Origin: Klebsiella phage vB_KpM_FBKp24
Sequence record: MW394391.1
Length of the DNA: 64,000 bases
Reading direction: 5' to 3' (one strand)
In this document: positions 9,851-16,732 of the stretch, in pieces
How the letters are laid out: the number at the start of each line of letters is the position of its first letter
Position numbering within the stretch: the stretch's first letter is position 1
Translations under genes and position numbers: made by a program
The notes under the pieces: model-generated
The model's input: only the letters and a program-made list of their open reading frames with translations
Told to the model about the DNA's origin: nothing
Databases searched by the model: none

Positions 9851-9925
9851 TGGCGGTGCTACGGAGAATCGAACTCCGGTCTCCTCCGTGACAGGGAGGT
9901 ATCCTTTCCGCTAGACGATAGCACC
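9851..9925 (-). tRNA. tRNA-Asp (anticodon GUC), CCA encoded
   Basis: Acceptor GGTGCTA/TAGCACC, anticodon arm CCTCC-CTGTCAC-GGAGG, T-loop TTCGATT. Confidence 0.8.
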
Positions 9926-9933
9926 TTTTTGTT

Positions 9934-10035
9934 TGGTTGTTCCCTTCCGGATTTGAACCGGCAACCTCCTGCTAAGCAGTGGGCGGCGCAGTGGCCGCCG
10001 GTGCAGGCGCTCTACCTAGTTGAGCTACGAGAACA
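9934..10035 (-). ncRNA. aberrant tRNA-like gene (about 102 nt) with a 23-nt GC hairpin insertion in the anticodon arm
   Basis: Canonical D-arm GCTC-AACTAGGTA-GAGC, T-loop TTCAAAT, terminal ACCA. Anticodon stem CCTGC...GCAGG is interrupted by ACCGGCGGCCACTGCGCCGCCCA before loop CTGCTTA. Confidence 0.4.
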
Positions 10036-10042
10036 TAGTATC

Positions 10043-10116
10043 TGGAGCAAGCAGCGAGGTTCGAACTAGGGGTACGGGGATCAAAGCCCCGGGCCTTAAC
10101 CGCTTGGCTATGCTCC
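10043..10116 (-). tRNA. tRNA-Gln (anticodon UUG)
   Basis: Good anticodon arm CGGGG-CTTTGAT-CCCCG and acceptor GGAGCA/TGCTCC. T-stem imperfect in my hand fold. Confidence 0.55.
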
Positions 10117-10124
10117 TATGCGTT

Positions 10125-10208
10125 TGGTGGGGAAGGGTAGATTCGAACTACCGAAGCCGAAGCAGCAGATTTACAGTCTGACCCATTTGACCACTCTGGA
10201 ACTTCCCC
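10125..10208 (-). tRNA. tRNA-Tyr (anticodon GUA), type II, CCA encoded
   Basis: Acceptor GGGGAAG/CTTCCCC, D-arm CCA...TGG, loop CTGTAAA, variable hairpin GCTTCGGC, T-arm GTAG-TTCGAAT-CTAC. Confidence 0.85.
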
Positions 10209-10391
10209 TGAATTTGGGGCCCGATTATTTCAGCGCTGCATTCTTTACTCTCGGGCCGAGGAGCACTATTAGTTTCTTCTCAGGGCGTATTGTTTTCCCT
10301 CTGAGACTTGCGCAATGTTTGAACAGGTTGATTGTTGTCTTAACATTCCGGAGAGAAAGTTACAATCTTTGTTCATAAGATATTGATTTAC

Positions 10392-10751
10392 TTAATTTTT
10401 GATCTGCACATCAGGATTCCCATTAACCGACAGCCAAATGTCGGCAACTAAAAGAATCTGTCCACCATACTGATTGACCTGCTGCCACCCATTCTTTTTA
10501 GCGGCAACTGTAATCATTGATAAAAATTGATTTTTCCAATGACTTTGATAAATCTGGGAATGATGAATTATTCGGCGGTTTTCAAACTTCTCGATGGTCT
10601 CAAATTCTTTCGTCGCGCTGATCATAGCAAAAACATCTTTAGACTTGATCAAATAAGCAGGGTCATTAATAGACCGATCGGAAGCTAAAGGAAGACGAGA
10701 AGAAATATGGTCAACGTCTTCTTGATTGTGTGCAAACGTTACGTCGTTCAT
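10392..10751 (-). CDS. hypothetical protein 119 aa embedded in the tRNA region
   Basis: ORF between two tRNA sub-clusters. Confidence 0.5.
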   Translation of the reverse strand: MNDVTFAHNQEDVDHISSRLPLASDRSINDPAYLIKSKDVFAMISATKEFETIEKFENRRIIHHSQIYQSHWKNQFLSMITVAAKKNGWQQVNQYGGQILLVADIWLSVNGNPDVQIKN

Positions 10752-10833
10752 TTTTACTTTTACCTTTTACAAGTTAGCGGTCTAAACCAAAATAGGAAGA
10801 CCAACAAAAACTGTGGGATGAATAATAATGAAG

Positions 10834-10907
<74 letters not shown>

Positions 10908-10912
10908 GTAGA

Positions 10913-10997
10913 TGGTGCCCAGGGCGGGGCTCGAACCCGCACGCGATAAAGCGAGGGATTTTAAATCCCTTGTGTCTGCCGATTTCACCACCTGGGC
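10913..10997 (-). tRNA. tRNA-Leu (anticodon UAA), type II, CCA encoded
   Basis: Acceptor GCCCAGG/CCTGGGC, anticodon arm AGGGA-TTTAAAA-TCCCT, long variable arm, T-arm CGGG-TTCGAGC-CCCG. Confidence 0.85.
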
Positions 10998-11002
10998 AAA
11001 TA

Positions 11003-11078
11003 TGGTGGGTCCAGCAGGTTTTGAACCTGCGACCAAGCGATTATGAGTCGCCTGCTCTAACCACTGAGCTATGGACCC
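11003..11078 (-). tRNA. tRNA-Met/Ile2 (anticodon CAU), CCA encoded
   Basis: Acceptor GGGTCCA/TGGACCC, D-arm GCTC-AGTGGTTA-GAGC, anticodon arm GGCGA-CTCATAA-TCGCT, T-arm GCAGG-TTCAAAA-CCTGC. Confidence 0.85.
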
Positions 11079-11129
11079 AAAAACGATCTTTTATTAAGAG
11101 CACATAAATGTACCCTTTGTAAAATACCG

Positions 11130-11294
11130 TCAGCTAGATTGTTTCTTTTTCTTTCTGAAAGCTAACTGCACATAAATAGCAATTGCACCAGCAAGAATAA
11201 TAAGCAGGACAATGTCAATCAACACACCTGCCATTCGAAACAATACTAAAAAGATGACGGCCAGTATTATTAACCAGCCGATCTTTTTCAGCAT
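11130..11294 (-). CDS. small hydrophobic membrane protein (about 54 aa) immediately downstream of the solute-binding-protein gene
   Basis: Hand-translated MLKKIGWLIILAVIFLVLFRMAGVLIDIVLLIILAGAIAIYVQLAFRKKKKQSS, with two predicted TM segments. Below the ORF-track size cutoff. Confidence 0.45.
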   Translation of the reverse strand: MLKKIGWLIILAVIFLVLFRMAGVLIDIVLLIILAGAIAIYVQLAFRKKKKQSS

Positions 11295-11297
11295 AAC

Positions 11298-12155
11298 TTA
11301 TTTCCCTGACGCTGTACCCTGGATACGCGCAGAGTTCTTCAGAAGAATCGTAGAGGCGTCTTCCAGTAACTGATCGCTATCGCCGGAGGTGTTTGCTACC
11401 ACCAGGGTTTTAGTGCAAGGTACTTTTACTGTCGAGTTAAAGATAATACCCGAGTCAGTAGTTGCCTTTTCGATCGTGTATACCGCTTTACCGTTTGGCA
11501 GTTTTGCATCGGCGTTCCAGGAATTGAAATCAATGATTTCCAGTCCGGAGTCTTTTTGCATAACAGCATCAAGGAACTTATTGTTTCGATCAGGCGCTGA
11601 GACCCAGAGGAATGCATCGTACTCGCCGGTATTCACTTTAGCCAGGGACCGGATACCGCCCTTAGCGTAGGTTTCAACTTTCGCGTAGTTCTTTTCCAGA
11701 GTTTGGAGATACTGCCATGAGGCATAAGATCCGGAAGTAGGTTCGCCGACGGCAATCTTGGTCCCTTCCTTCAGGTCACCTTTGCTTGTGACCTTACCGT
11801 CTTTCTTGACGGCAACGAAAACGCACTCGGAAGCCAGTTCGCCGATGATGTCAACGTTCTGTGCTTCATTAGCATGGCGTGAACGCCAGAACTGATACGC
11901 GTCAGCTTGAGTAAAACCGATAGTTGCTTCACCGGCGGCGACACGATCCAGGTTATCGAGTGATCCTTTAGAGGGGAGCACAGTGGTCTGATAGCCGTAT
12001 TCGCCGAGAGCGCTGGCTAAGTTAACACCGTATGTGGCGTTATACGTCAGACCTTGTTGACCGGTCGTGATAACAACTTTGTCAGATGCCGCAGAGGCAC
12101 CAACGGAAAGGCAAAGCAACGCTACCGAAAACACGGCAAAAGCAAGTTTCTTCAT
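11298..12155 (-). CDS. periplasmic solute-binding protein, TAXI (TRAP-associated) family-like, with signal peptide
   Basis: Signal peptide MKKLAFAVFSVALLCLSVGASAAS. TTGQQGLTYNATYGVNLASAL and SKGSLDNLDRVAAGEATIGFTQADAY match the TAXI TGGxxGxYY / SxGSxENLxLLxxGEADxAxxQxDxAY signatures. Confidence 0.65.
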   Translation of the reverse strand: MKKLAFAVFSVALLCLSVGASAASDKVVITTGQQGLTYNATYGVNLASALGEYGYQTTVLPSKGSLDNLDRVAAGEATIGFTQADAYQFWRSRHANEAQNVDIIGELASECVFVAVKKDGKVTSKGDLKEGTKIAVGEPTSGSYASWQYLQTLEKNYAKVETYAKGGIRSLAKVNTGEYDAFLWVSAPDRNNKFLDAVMQKDSGLEIIDFNSWNADAKLPNGKAVYTIEKATTDSGIIFNSTVKVPCTKTLVVANTSGDSDQLLEDASTILLKNSARIQGTASGK

Positions 12156-12666
12156 TTGTCAATTTCCTTGAAGGGTGTCAATGCGGTTTACCCGCTAAGA
12201 GATTTGAGCGGATGACGAGTTGGCCCAACATTTGTATCAACCTGCGTCTACTAAAAAGGGCTTGCCTTTGTTTCGTGCTACCTGTAAGGGTTTAAGGTTA
12301 AGTTTGTTGCAAGTCATCCGCTCAAAAGGGTGATGCTTTCTGTAAGTTTCAGCTCATTCCATTCTTTGGTTTCCGGGCCACAGTAGGATTAAAGGTGAAA
12401 GGTCTGCTGGAACAGATTTTCTTACAGAAAGGCATCGATAATAAAAAAACAGGCTTCGAGAAAAAGAGAGTTAGCTATGGGAGTTTAACTACATCGAAGC
12501 CTGGTTGGAAAATGTGTCGTTGTCTCCCCGATGAGGGGAGAACCGTAAAGCAAATGTTCTTATCTTTCCAGCCAGCCCGCTATCGAGATAATCCGAATAT
12601 GAACAATCGCTTTTTGACGTTATTTCGTAACGACGAGAGTTTACTACCGTGAAAGGAACCTTTGGT

Positions 12667-12873
12667 TCATAACTCTGACGACTGAGTAAATTTTAACCAA
12701 AGTGGTAAAGGTACTTTTTGGAATTCCGTTCCTTGACACTCATTGCAGACTAACGGCTCTTCTTTGATTTTCCAGCGCTCAAGTTGTTTCTTCGTGGCTG
12801 GGGTTAAACAATTTACGCATTGCATTTCCACTGCCATAAATTTGCCTTCTAGATAAAAGACCAATCTTCCCAT
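12667..12873 (-). CDS. small zinc-ribbon protein (CVNC...CNEC)
   Basis: Two CxxC pairs. Overlaps the end of the upstream gene. Confidence 0.35.
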   Translation of the reverse strand: MGRLVFYLEGKFMAVEMQCVNCLTPATKKQLERWKIKEEPLVCNECQGTEFQKVPLPLWLKFTQSSEL

Positions 12874-13736
12874 TCGGGACGTTTAGAGTAACAACGAGCA
12901 TAAACTTCCTTTGGTTGAATATTCTCTCCCTGAGAACACTTAAAAGCATTAGCGTATTCGTTCTTACCAGCTTTTACTCGGCGACGGTAATTTGGGTTGT
13001 TTTTACTTTGTGAGTTATTCGCCTGGCGGGATTCGTTGTATTTATCCTTCCAATGACTTTTAACTTTCCGGTCCGGGCCATAGTCATCCGAACGTTCTTC
13101 AATCACAACAGGAAACCCTTGTCGCGTCTCTTTCCACCAGACAGAGAATCCCTTCGAGACATCCCAATTTTGATTTGGGTAATGACAAGACAGAAAACGG
13201 GACGCTAATCTTTTAATGGGTGTAAGATCAAAAGCAGTTTGTAACACCTTGCTGGAATGTATTCCCATCCGTAAAAATTCTTCCGTTTGTACTACAGCAT
13301 GTCTCGGCATACGAGACACTTCGCTGTAATAAACATTAGAGTCTTTAGGATGGAAAATAACGACGCCTTCAATCGTTTTGTCTTTTACATCCGGAATTTT
13401 AATTAAACCAATATGATTCCAGTTAGGGAAATGTTTACCTTGACGATTAGCGAAGTGGAGCCATAATTCATTTTCTTTCCACTCCGCTTTTTGTAGATTA
13501 AAGCCTAAGGTTACTTTGGTCAGTTGTTCTTTGAATGTATCAAGAAAAACCTGATAAAGCTCAAAGAACTCAGCAGTCAATTTTACTTCGTTACGTGAAA
13601 CAAACTGTTGTGCGGACCATTCAAGTAAGCAATGACCGAGAATTTCCCAGTCTTTATTTTCATCAGAGAAAGCGGATATCATTTTACGGAGCCTCTGGCT
13701 CAACGTCAAAATGATAATCGTAGTTGAGTCAGTCAT
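12849..13736 (-). CDS. hypothetical protein 295 aa
   Basis: Long ORF of unknown function. Confidence 0.55.
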   Translation of the reverse strand: MTDSTTIIILTLSQRLRKMISAFSDENKDWEILGHCLLEWSAQQFVSRNEVKLTAEFFELYQVFLDTFKEQLTKVTLGFNLQKAEWKENELWLHFANRQGKHFPNWNHIGLIKIPDVKDKTIEGVVIFHPKDSNVYYSEVSRMPRHAVVQTEEFLRMGIHSSKVLQTAFDLTPIKRLASRFLSCHYPNQNWDVSKGFSVWWKETRQGFPVVIEERSDDYGPDRKVKSHWKDKYNESRQANNSQSKNNPNYRRRVKAGKNEYANAFKCSQGENIQPKEVYARCYSKRPEWEDWSFI

Positions 13737-13793
13737 ATTGCCCTCGTTTTACAGTCTTCTACACTAAAAGACTGCACCGTAAAAAAGCATAAT

Positions 13794-13821
13794 AGAGAGA
13801 AGGGTTTAAACCCTTCTCTCT
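13794..13821 (-). terminator. intrinsic terminator (AGAGAGAAGGGTTT/AAACCCTTCTCTCT palindrome) downstream of the permuted tRNA loci
   Basis: 14-bp perfect palindromic stem, T-rich on the minus strand afterwards. Confidence 0.55.
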
Positions 13822-13976
13822 CGAGTTTGTTTGTCAAAAAGCGGTCTCTTTGAGAAAGAAACTTTTAGGGAAGAAGGGCGACGGATAAGGATATAACCAT
13901 CCTCACCGCCACCCATAGCCATTCAGCTATAAACAGAATCCAGCGCGACCTATTTCACAATAAGATTGGGTTTAGG

Positions 13977-14078
13977 TTTATAATCTAGTGCTCTACCAGC
14001 TGAGCTATCTGCCTCCAAGAAACACTCTGTGAATGTGTCCTGGTAGGCAGAGCGGAATTCGAATCCGCGACCTCTAGA
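13977..14078 (-). ncRNA. circularly permuted tRNA-like gene: 3' half (nt 39-76 including CCA) encoded upstream of the 5' half (nt 1-38), 26-nt linker
   Basis: Minus strand reads TCTAG-AGGTC-GCGGA-TTCGAAT-TCCGC-TCTGCCT-A-CCA, then a 26-nt linker, then AGGCAGA-TA-GCTC-AGCTGGTA-GAGC-A-CTAGA-TTATAAA. Acceptor 7/7 and anticodon stem 5/5 complementary between halves. Confidence 0.5.
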
Positions 14079-14159
14079 ATTCTTTCCGTAAAAGAAAGAA
14101 AGTTCAGTCCGCTATTTTACTGTCTACTCTTTATCTTTAAGCGTGTGAGGCGATAAGAT

Positions 14160-14300
14160 AAAGTTAACACTAACCATCCGAGTAGCATTATGGGTGCATT
14201 GATGACTGCGTCTACCAATTCCGCCATTCTCCCATAGTTTGGTGGGAGAAGAAAGATTCGAACTTCCAGTGAGGTCACCACACCTGCTATACGGACTAAC
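14160..14300 (-). ncRNA. second permuted-order tRNA-like element (type II-like): T-arm + TTCTCCC-A-CCA, 6-nt linker, then GGGAGAA + D-arm
   Basis: Minus strand reads GGAAG-TTCGAAT-CTTTC-TTCTCCC-A-CCA-AACTAT-GGGAGAA-TG-GCG-GAATTGGTAGA-CGC... The 3' acceptor strand and CCA precede the complementary 5' acceptor strand (7/7). Anticodon region not resolved by hand. Confidence 0.3.
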
Positions 14301-14369
14301 AATAAAGATAAAGTTGGCCTCAATCTTTATTATCAATGGGCACTCGTGAGAATACCCATTACTAACACA

Positions 14370-15137
14370 TTAAGCAGTGAAGTTTTTCAGGATCACGTTG
14401 GCCAGTACTTCGCCGATGGAACCCTGAACGACTTCGGTGCAGTTTGCGCGCATACGGGCATTAGTGACTTCAACGATCAGTTCGTCGATATCACGCAGCG
14501 CGTTGGCTTTCTGCATCGGTGTACACGCGCCAGAATAACTTTTACGCGTGAAGCTGCCGATCACCACGGTCGTTTCTGACTCTTTTACTTGCGCCGGATG
14601 ACGCTCGGTAGCCGGCGCCAGAATGATCGGGGTGAAGACTTTTTCGGTTTTCGTTGTGACTTCATCAGTCACAGTACGGAAGCCGTAAGTACTGTTAGCG
14701 TCGCGTTCCCACTGTTTGGAGGAATCCAGCGTAGGAGCAGACGCGATCAGTTTGCGCAGTTCGGCCAGACGTTTCTCCAGACCGAGGAGTTCATCTACCG
14801 GCACCGCTGGAACGAGGACTTCGCCTTTGAACATGATATCTGCTTTCGCTACCTGATTGGTCAGGGCTTTTTGCAGGCGCAGGTCTTCCGCGGTGGCGAA
14901 GTAATAGAACAGGTACTGCAGCGTTTCGGCGACGGTAGTGATCACCGGCTTGCTGGTACTTTCGCTTTTTTCGATCGCTGCGTTGGCGTCGCTATCTTCG
15001 TGCAGTTTCAGCGTTTTATCAAATCCGCTGAAGTATTCAGCCGATTTATTGAATTTTTTACTGGCGTCTTCGATCAGCACTTGCACTTGTTTAGTGCGAG
15101 TAGGTTCTGCTGCCAATACTTCGTGTAACTTAGCCAT
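14370..15137 (-). CDS. hypothetical protein 255 aa, strongly codon-optimised (probably abundant), A/E/K-rich
   Basis: Codon usage dominated by CTG/CGT/GAA/AAA-type preferred codons, unlike its neighbours. GGAAATTAAATG RBS. Confidence 0.65.
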   Translation of the reverse strand: MAKLHEVLAAEPTRTKQVQVLIEDASKKFNKSAEYFSGFDKTLKLHEDSDANAAIEKSESTSKPVITTVAETLQYLFYYFATAEDLRLQKALTNQVAKADIMFKGEVLVPAVPVDELLGLEKRLAELRKLIASAPTLDSSKQWERDANSTYGFRTVTDEVTTKTEKVFTPIILAPATERHPAQVKESETTVVIGSFTRKSYSGACTPMQKANALRDIDELIVEVTNARMRANCTEVVQGSIGEVLANVILKNFTA

Positions 15138-15213
15138 TTAATTTCCTTACGATAAGAGTGAGAATAACGTCTGTTCATAGACTAGTTATCACCGTAAAAA
15201 AATAAAAAAAAAA

Positions 15214-15235
15214 GAAAGGGGATAACACCCCTTTC
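15214..15235 (-). terminator. intrinsic terminator (GAAAGGGG-ATAACA-CCCCTTTC) with a long T-run on the minus strand
   Basis: Hairpin followed on the minus strand by TTTTTTTTTTATTTTTTT. Confidence 0.65.
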
Positions 15236-15243
15236 TACGTTAC

Positions 15244-15825
15244 TTAATTGAGTGCTAAGCGGAAAACAATTCCGCTGTAGTGACCGCCTAAATCAAGTCT
15301 GGATGCCAGAATGGTACGAAACCCGAATGCCTTGGCGATATTACGGAACCCAGAGACATTGACAACCGGCTCGTAACGATCACCTTCGCAGTCATCGGGA
15401 AGTTCGGATTCTGTTTTGCGTAGAATAATTTCCTGAAGATCAGGAATCATCTTGAACGCATAATTCACGAGATCTTCACGTACCCAGGCGAGGTAATTGT
15501 CATAGTCAAAGTTATCGAGCATCGGGACAAGGAACAGTCGGGTACGATGGTAGTCGTTGACAGTTTCGACCAGTTCGTACGATTTTACTTTTCGTACCCC
15601 TGCGCAGTACAGATTATCCAGAGTATCCTGAAGCTCTGGATTAAACGGATGGTCTAACCCTGTCAGGTCATGGACGGTGGTGAATTCTGTTAATTCTGTC
15701 TCCGCTGCGCCCGGCGGGCAGTTGTCTGTCACGGAGATTACGATCCGTTTTGTATTTGAATCAGATACACTCCCCGACAAATTAAAGGCCGAAACAAATT
15801 TACCTAACGAAATCAATTGTTCCAT
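15244..15825 (-). CDS. hypothetical protein 193 aa
   Basis: ORF with terminators on both sides. Confidence 0.6.
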   Translation of the reverse strand: MEQLISLGKFVSAFNLSGSVSDSNTKRIVISVTDNCPPGAAETELTEFTTVHDLTGLDHPFNPELQDTLDNLYCAGVRKVKSYELVETVNDYHRTRLFLVPMLDNFDYDNYLAWVREDLVNYAFKMIPDLQEIILRKTESELPDDCEGDRYEPVVNVSGFRNIAKAFGFRTILASRLDLGGHYSGIVFRLALN

Positions 15826-15851
15826 TTTATTTCTCCTAAAAATAAATAAAC

Positions 15852-15879
15852 GAGGGTAGGGCGATTCGCCCTACCCTCT
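15852..15879 (-). terminator. intrinsic terminator (GAGGGTAGGGCG-ATTC-GCCCTACCCTC)
   Basis: 12-bp GC-rich stem directly after the stop of the 15883-16305 gene. Confidence 0.6.
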
Positions 15880-15882
15880 CTG

Positions 15883-16305
15883 TTATTCTGCCATTAAAAC
15901 GCTTTTGCAAGAGAAGAGATACTCTTGTTGATCGAAATGGTCCCAGTCAACTTCAACGTAGAGTTTGATGGCGTTGGTACGACCACCGATTTTACCCTTC
16001 ATCCCGATGTGGACCCGCACGGTACCCAAACCACATTTACAGAGCCGGTCAAGTGTCTTCGCAACATCAAGGGGTCGGGAATTTTGACCGAAAGCATCCG
16101 CAAAGTCTTTACTGTTAAACCGATCGCCCTGCGAGTGAATATAGTTAGCCATTCGAATACTGATATTGTTACTTTCAGCTAAAAGCGCGGCTTCTTCCGG
16201 GGTCTCTACAAATTTCACTTCCGGGAGATAGCCTGTACCTTCCGATAACCCTTTTGCCTTCAGGATTACGTTTTGAATTTTGATTTTCTGATCTTCGGTA
16301 ATCAT
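15883..16305 (-). CDS. hypothetical protein 140 aa
   Basis: ORF of unknown function. Confidence 0.6.
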   Translation of the reverse strand: MITEDQKIKIQNVILKAKGLSEGTGYLPEVKFVETPEEAALLAESNNISIRMANYIHSQGDRFNSKDFADAFGQNSRPLDVAKTLDRLCKCGLGTVRVHIGMKGKIGGRTNAIKLYVEVDWDHFDQQEYLFSCKSVLMAE

Positions 16306-16430
16306 CGTTTTTGCCTTACTTTTCTTCCGGGGAAATTATTTCCGTGAGTTTATCAAAAGCGTCTTCATTCAAGTAGCGCGTTTGCACATAAGAGAAGTCG
16401 GTGCTTTCAACAAAGATAGAGAATGCGAAG

Positions 16431-16721
16431 TTAGCGAGGAGCTACACCAAATTTCGCGCTGAACAACTTCTGGAACCCTGCTTTAACAGACGGATTAAAG
16501 CCGCTTTCGGCCCGATGGCGATATTCAAACATAACGCCGTCTACTACCACGATAAGACGTTGGTACGGCGTTGAAGATGTCTCCGTGTTAAACGTGATGG
16601 TTGAAATTTTACTGAGTTCGAAGACATGGAAATTATCGTCTGCTTCAATGGAAATAGATTTTACGCCATTGGTAAGCTCTTTCATTTCCACTTTGAAAAG
16701 ATGACTTAAGTACGTAATCAA
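16431..16721 (-). CDS. hypothetical protein 96 aa
   Basis: ORF immediately downstream of the AAA ATPase gene. Confidence 0.45.
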   Translation of the reverse strand: MITYLSHLFKVEMKELTNGVKSISIEADDNFHVFELSKISTITFNTETSSTPYQRLIVVVDGVMFEYRHRAESGFNPSVKAGFQKLFSAKFGVAPR

Positions 16722-16732
16722 GATAGCCTCTC

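Noticed and set aside
10217-10257. Hairpin GGCCCGA...TCGGGCC with a 26-nt loop just after tRNA-Tyr
   Set aside because: Probably a processing or terminator-like structure within the tRNA precursor. Not enough to call a feature.
12395-12652. 85-aa plus-strand ORF upstream of the solute-binding-protein gene
   Set aside because: It overlaps the long-range inverted repeats of the putative leader RNA and has no RBS and an odd composition.
13977-14300. Interpretation of the permuted elements as two-piece tmRNA (ssrA) genes
   Set aside because: Permuted tmRNA genes have the same 3'-acceptor-before-5'-acceptor order. However, neither element has the G3-U70 alanine identity pair. Element 1 has a full canonical D-arm and anticodon stem, and no tag ORF or pseudoknots follow. 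A permuted tRNA fits better.
14117-14336. Two overlapping 68-70 aa minus-strand ORFs
   Set aside because: They lie entirely within the permuted tRNA-like elements and hairpins, so they are spurious.
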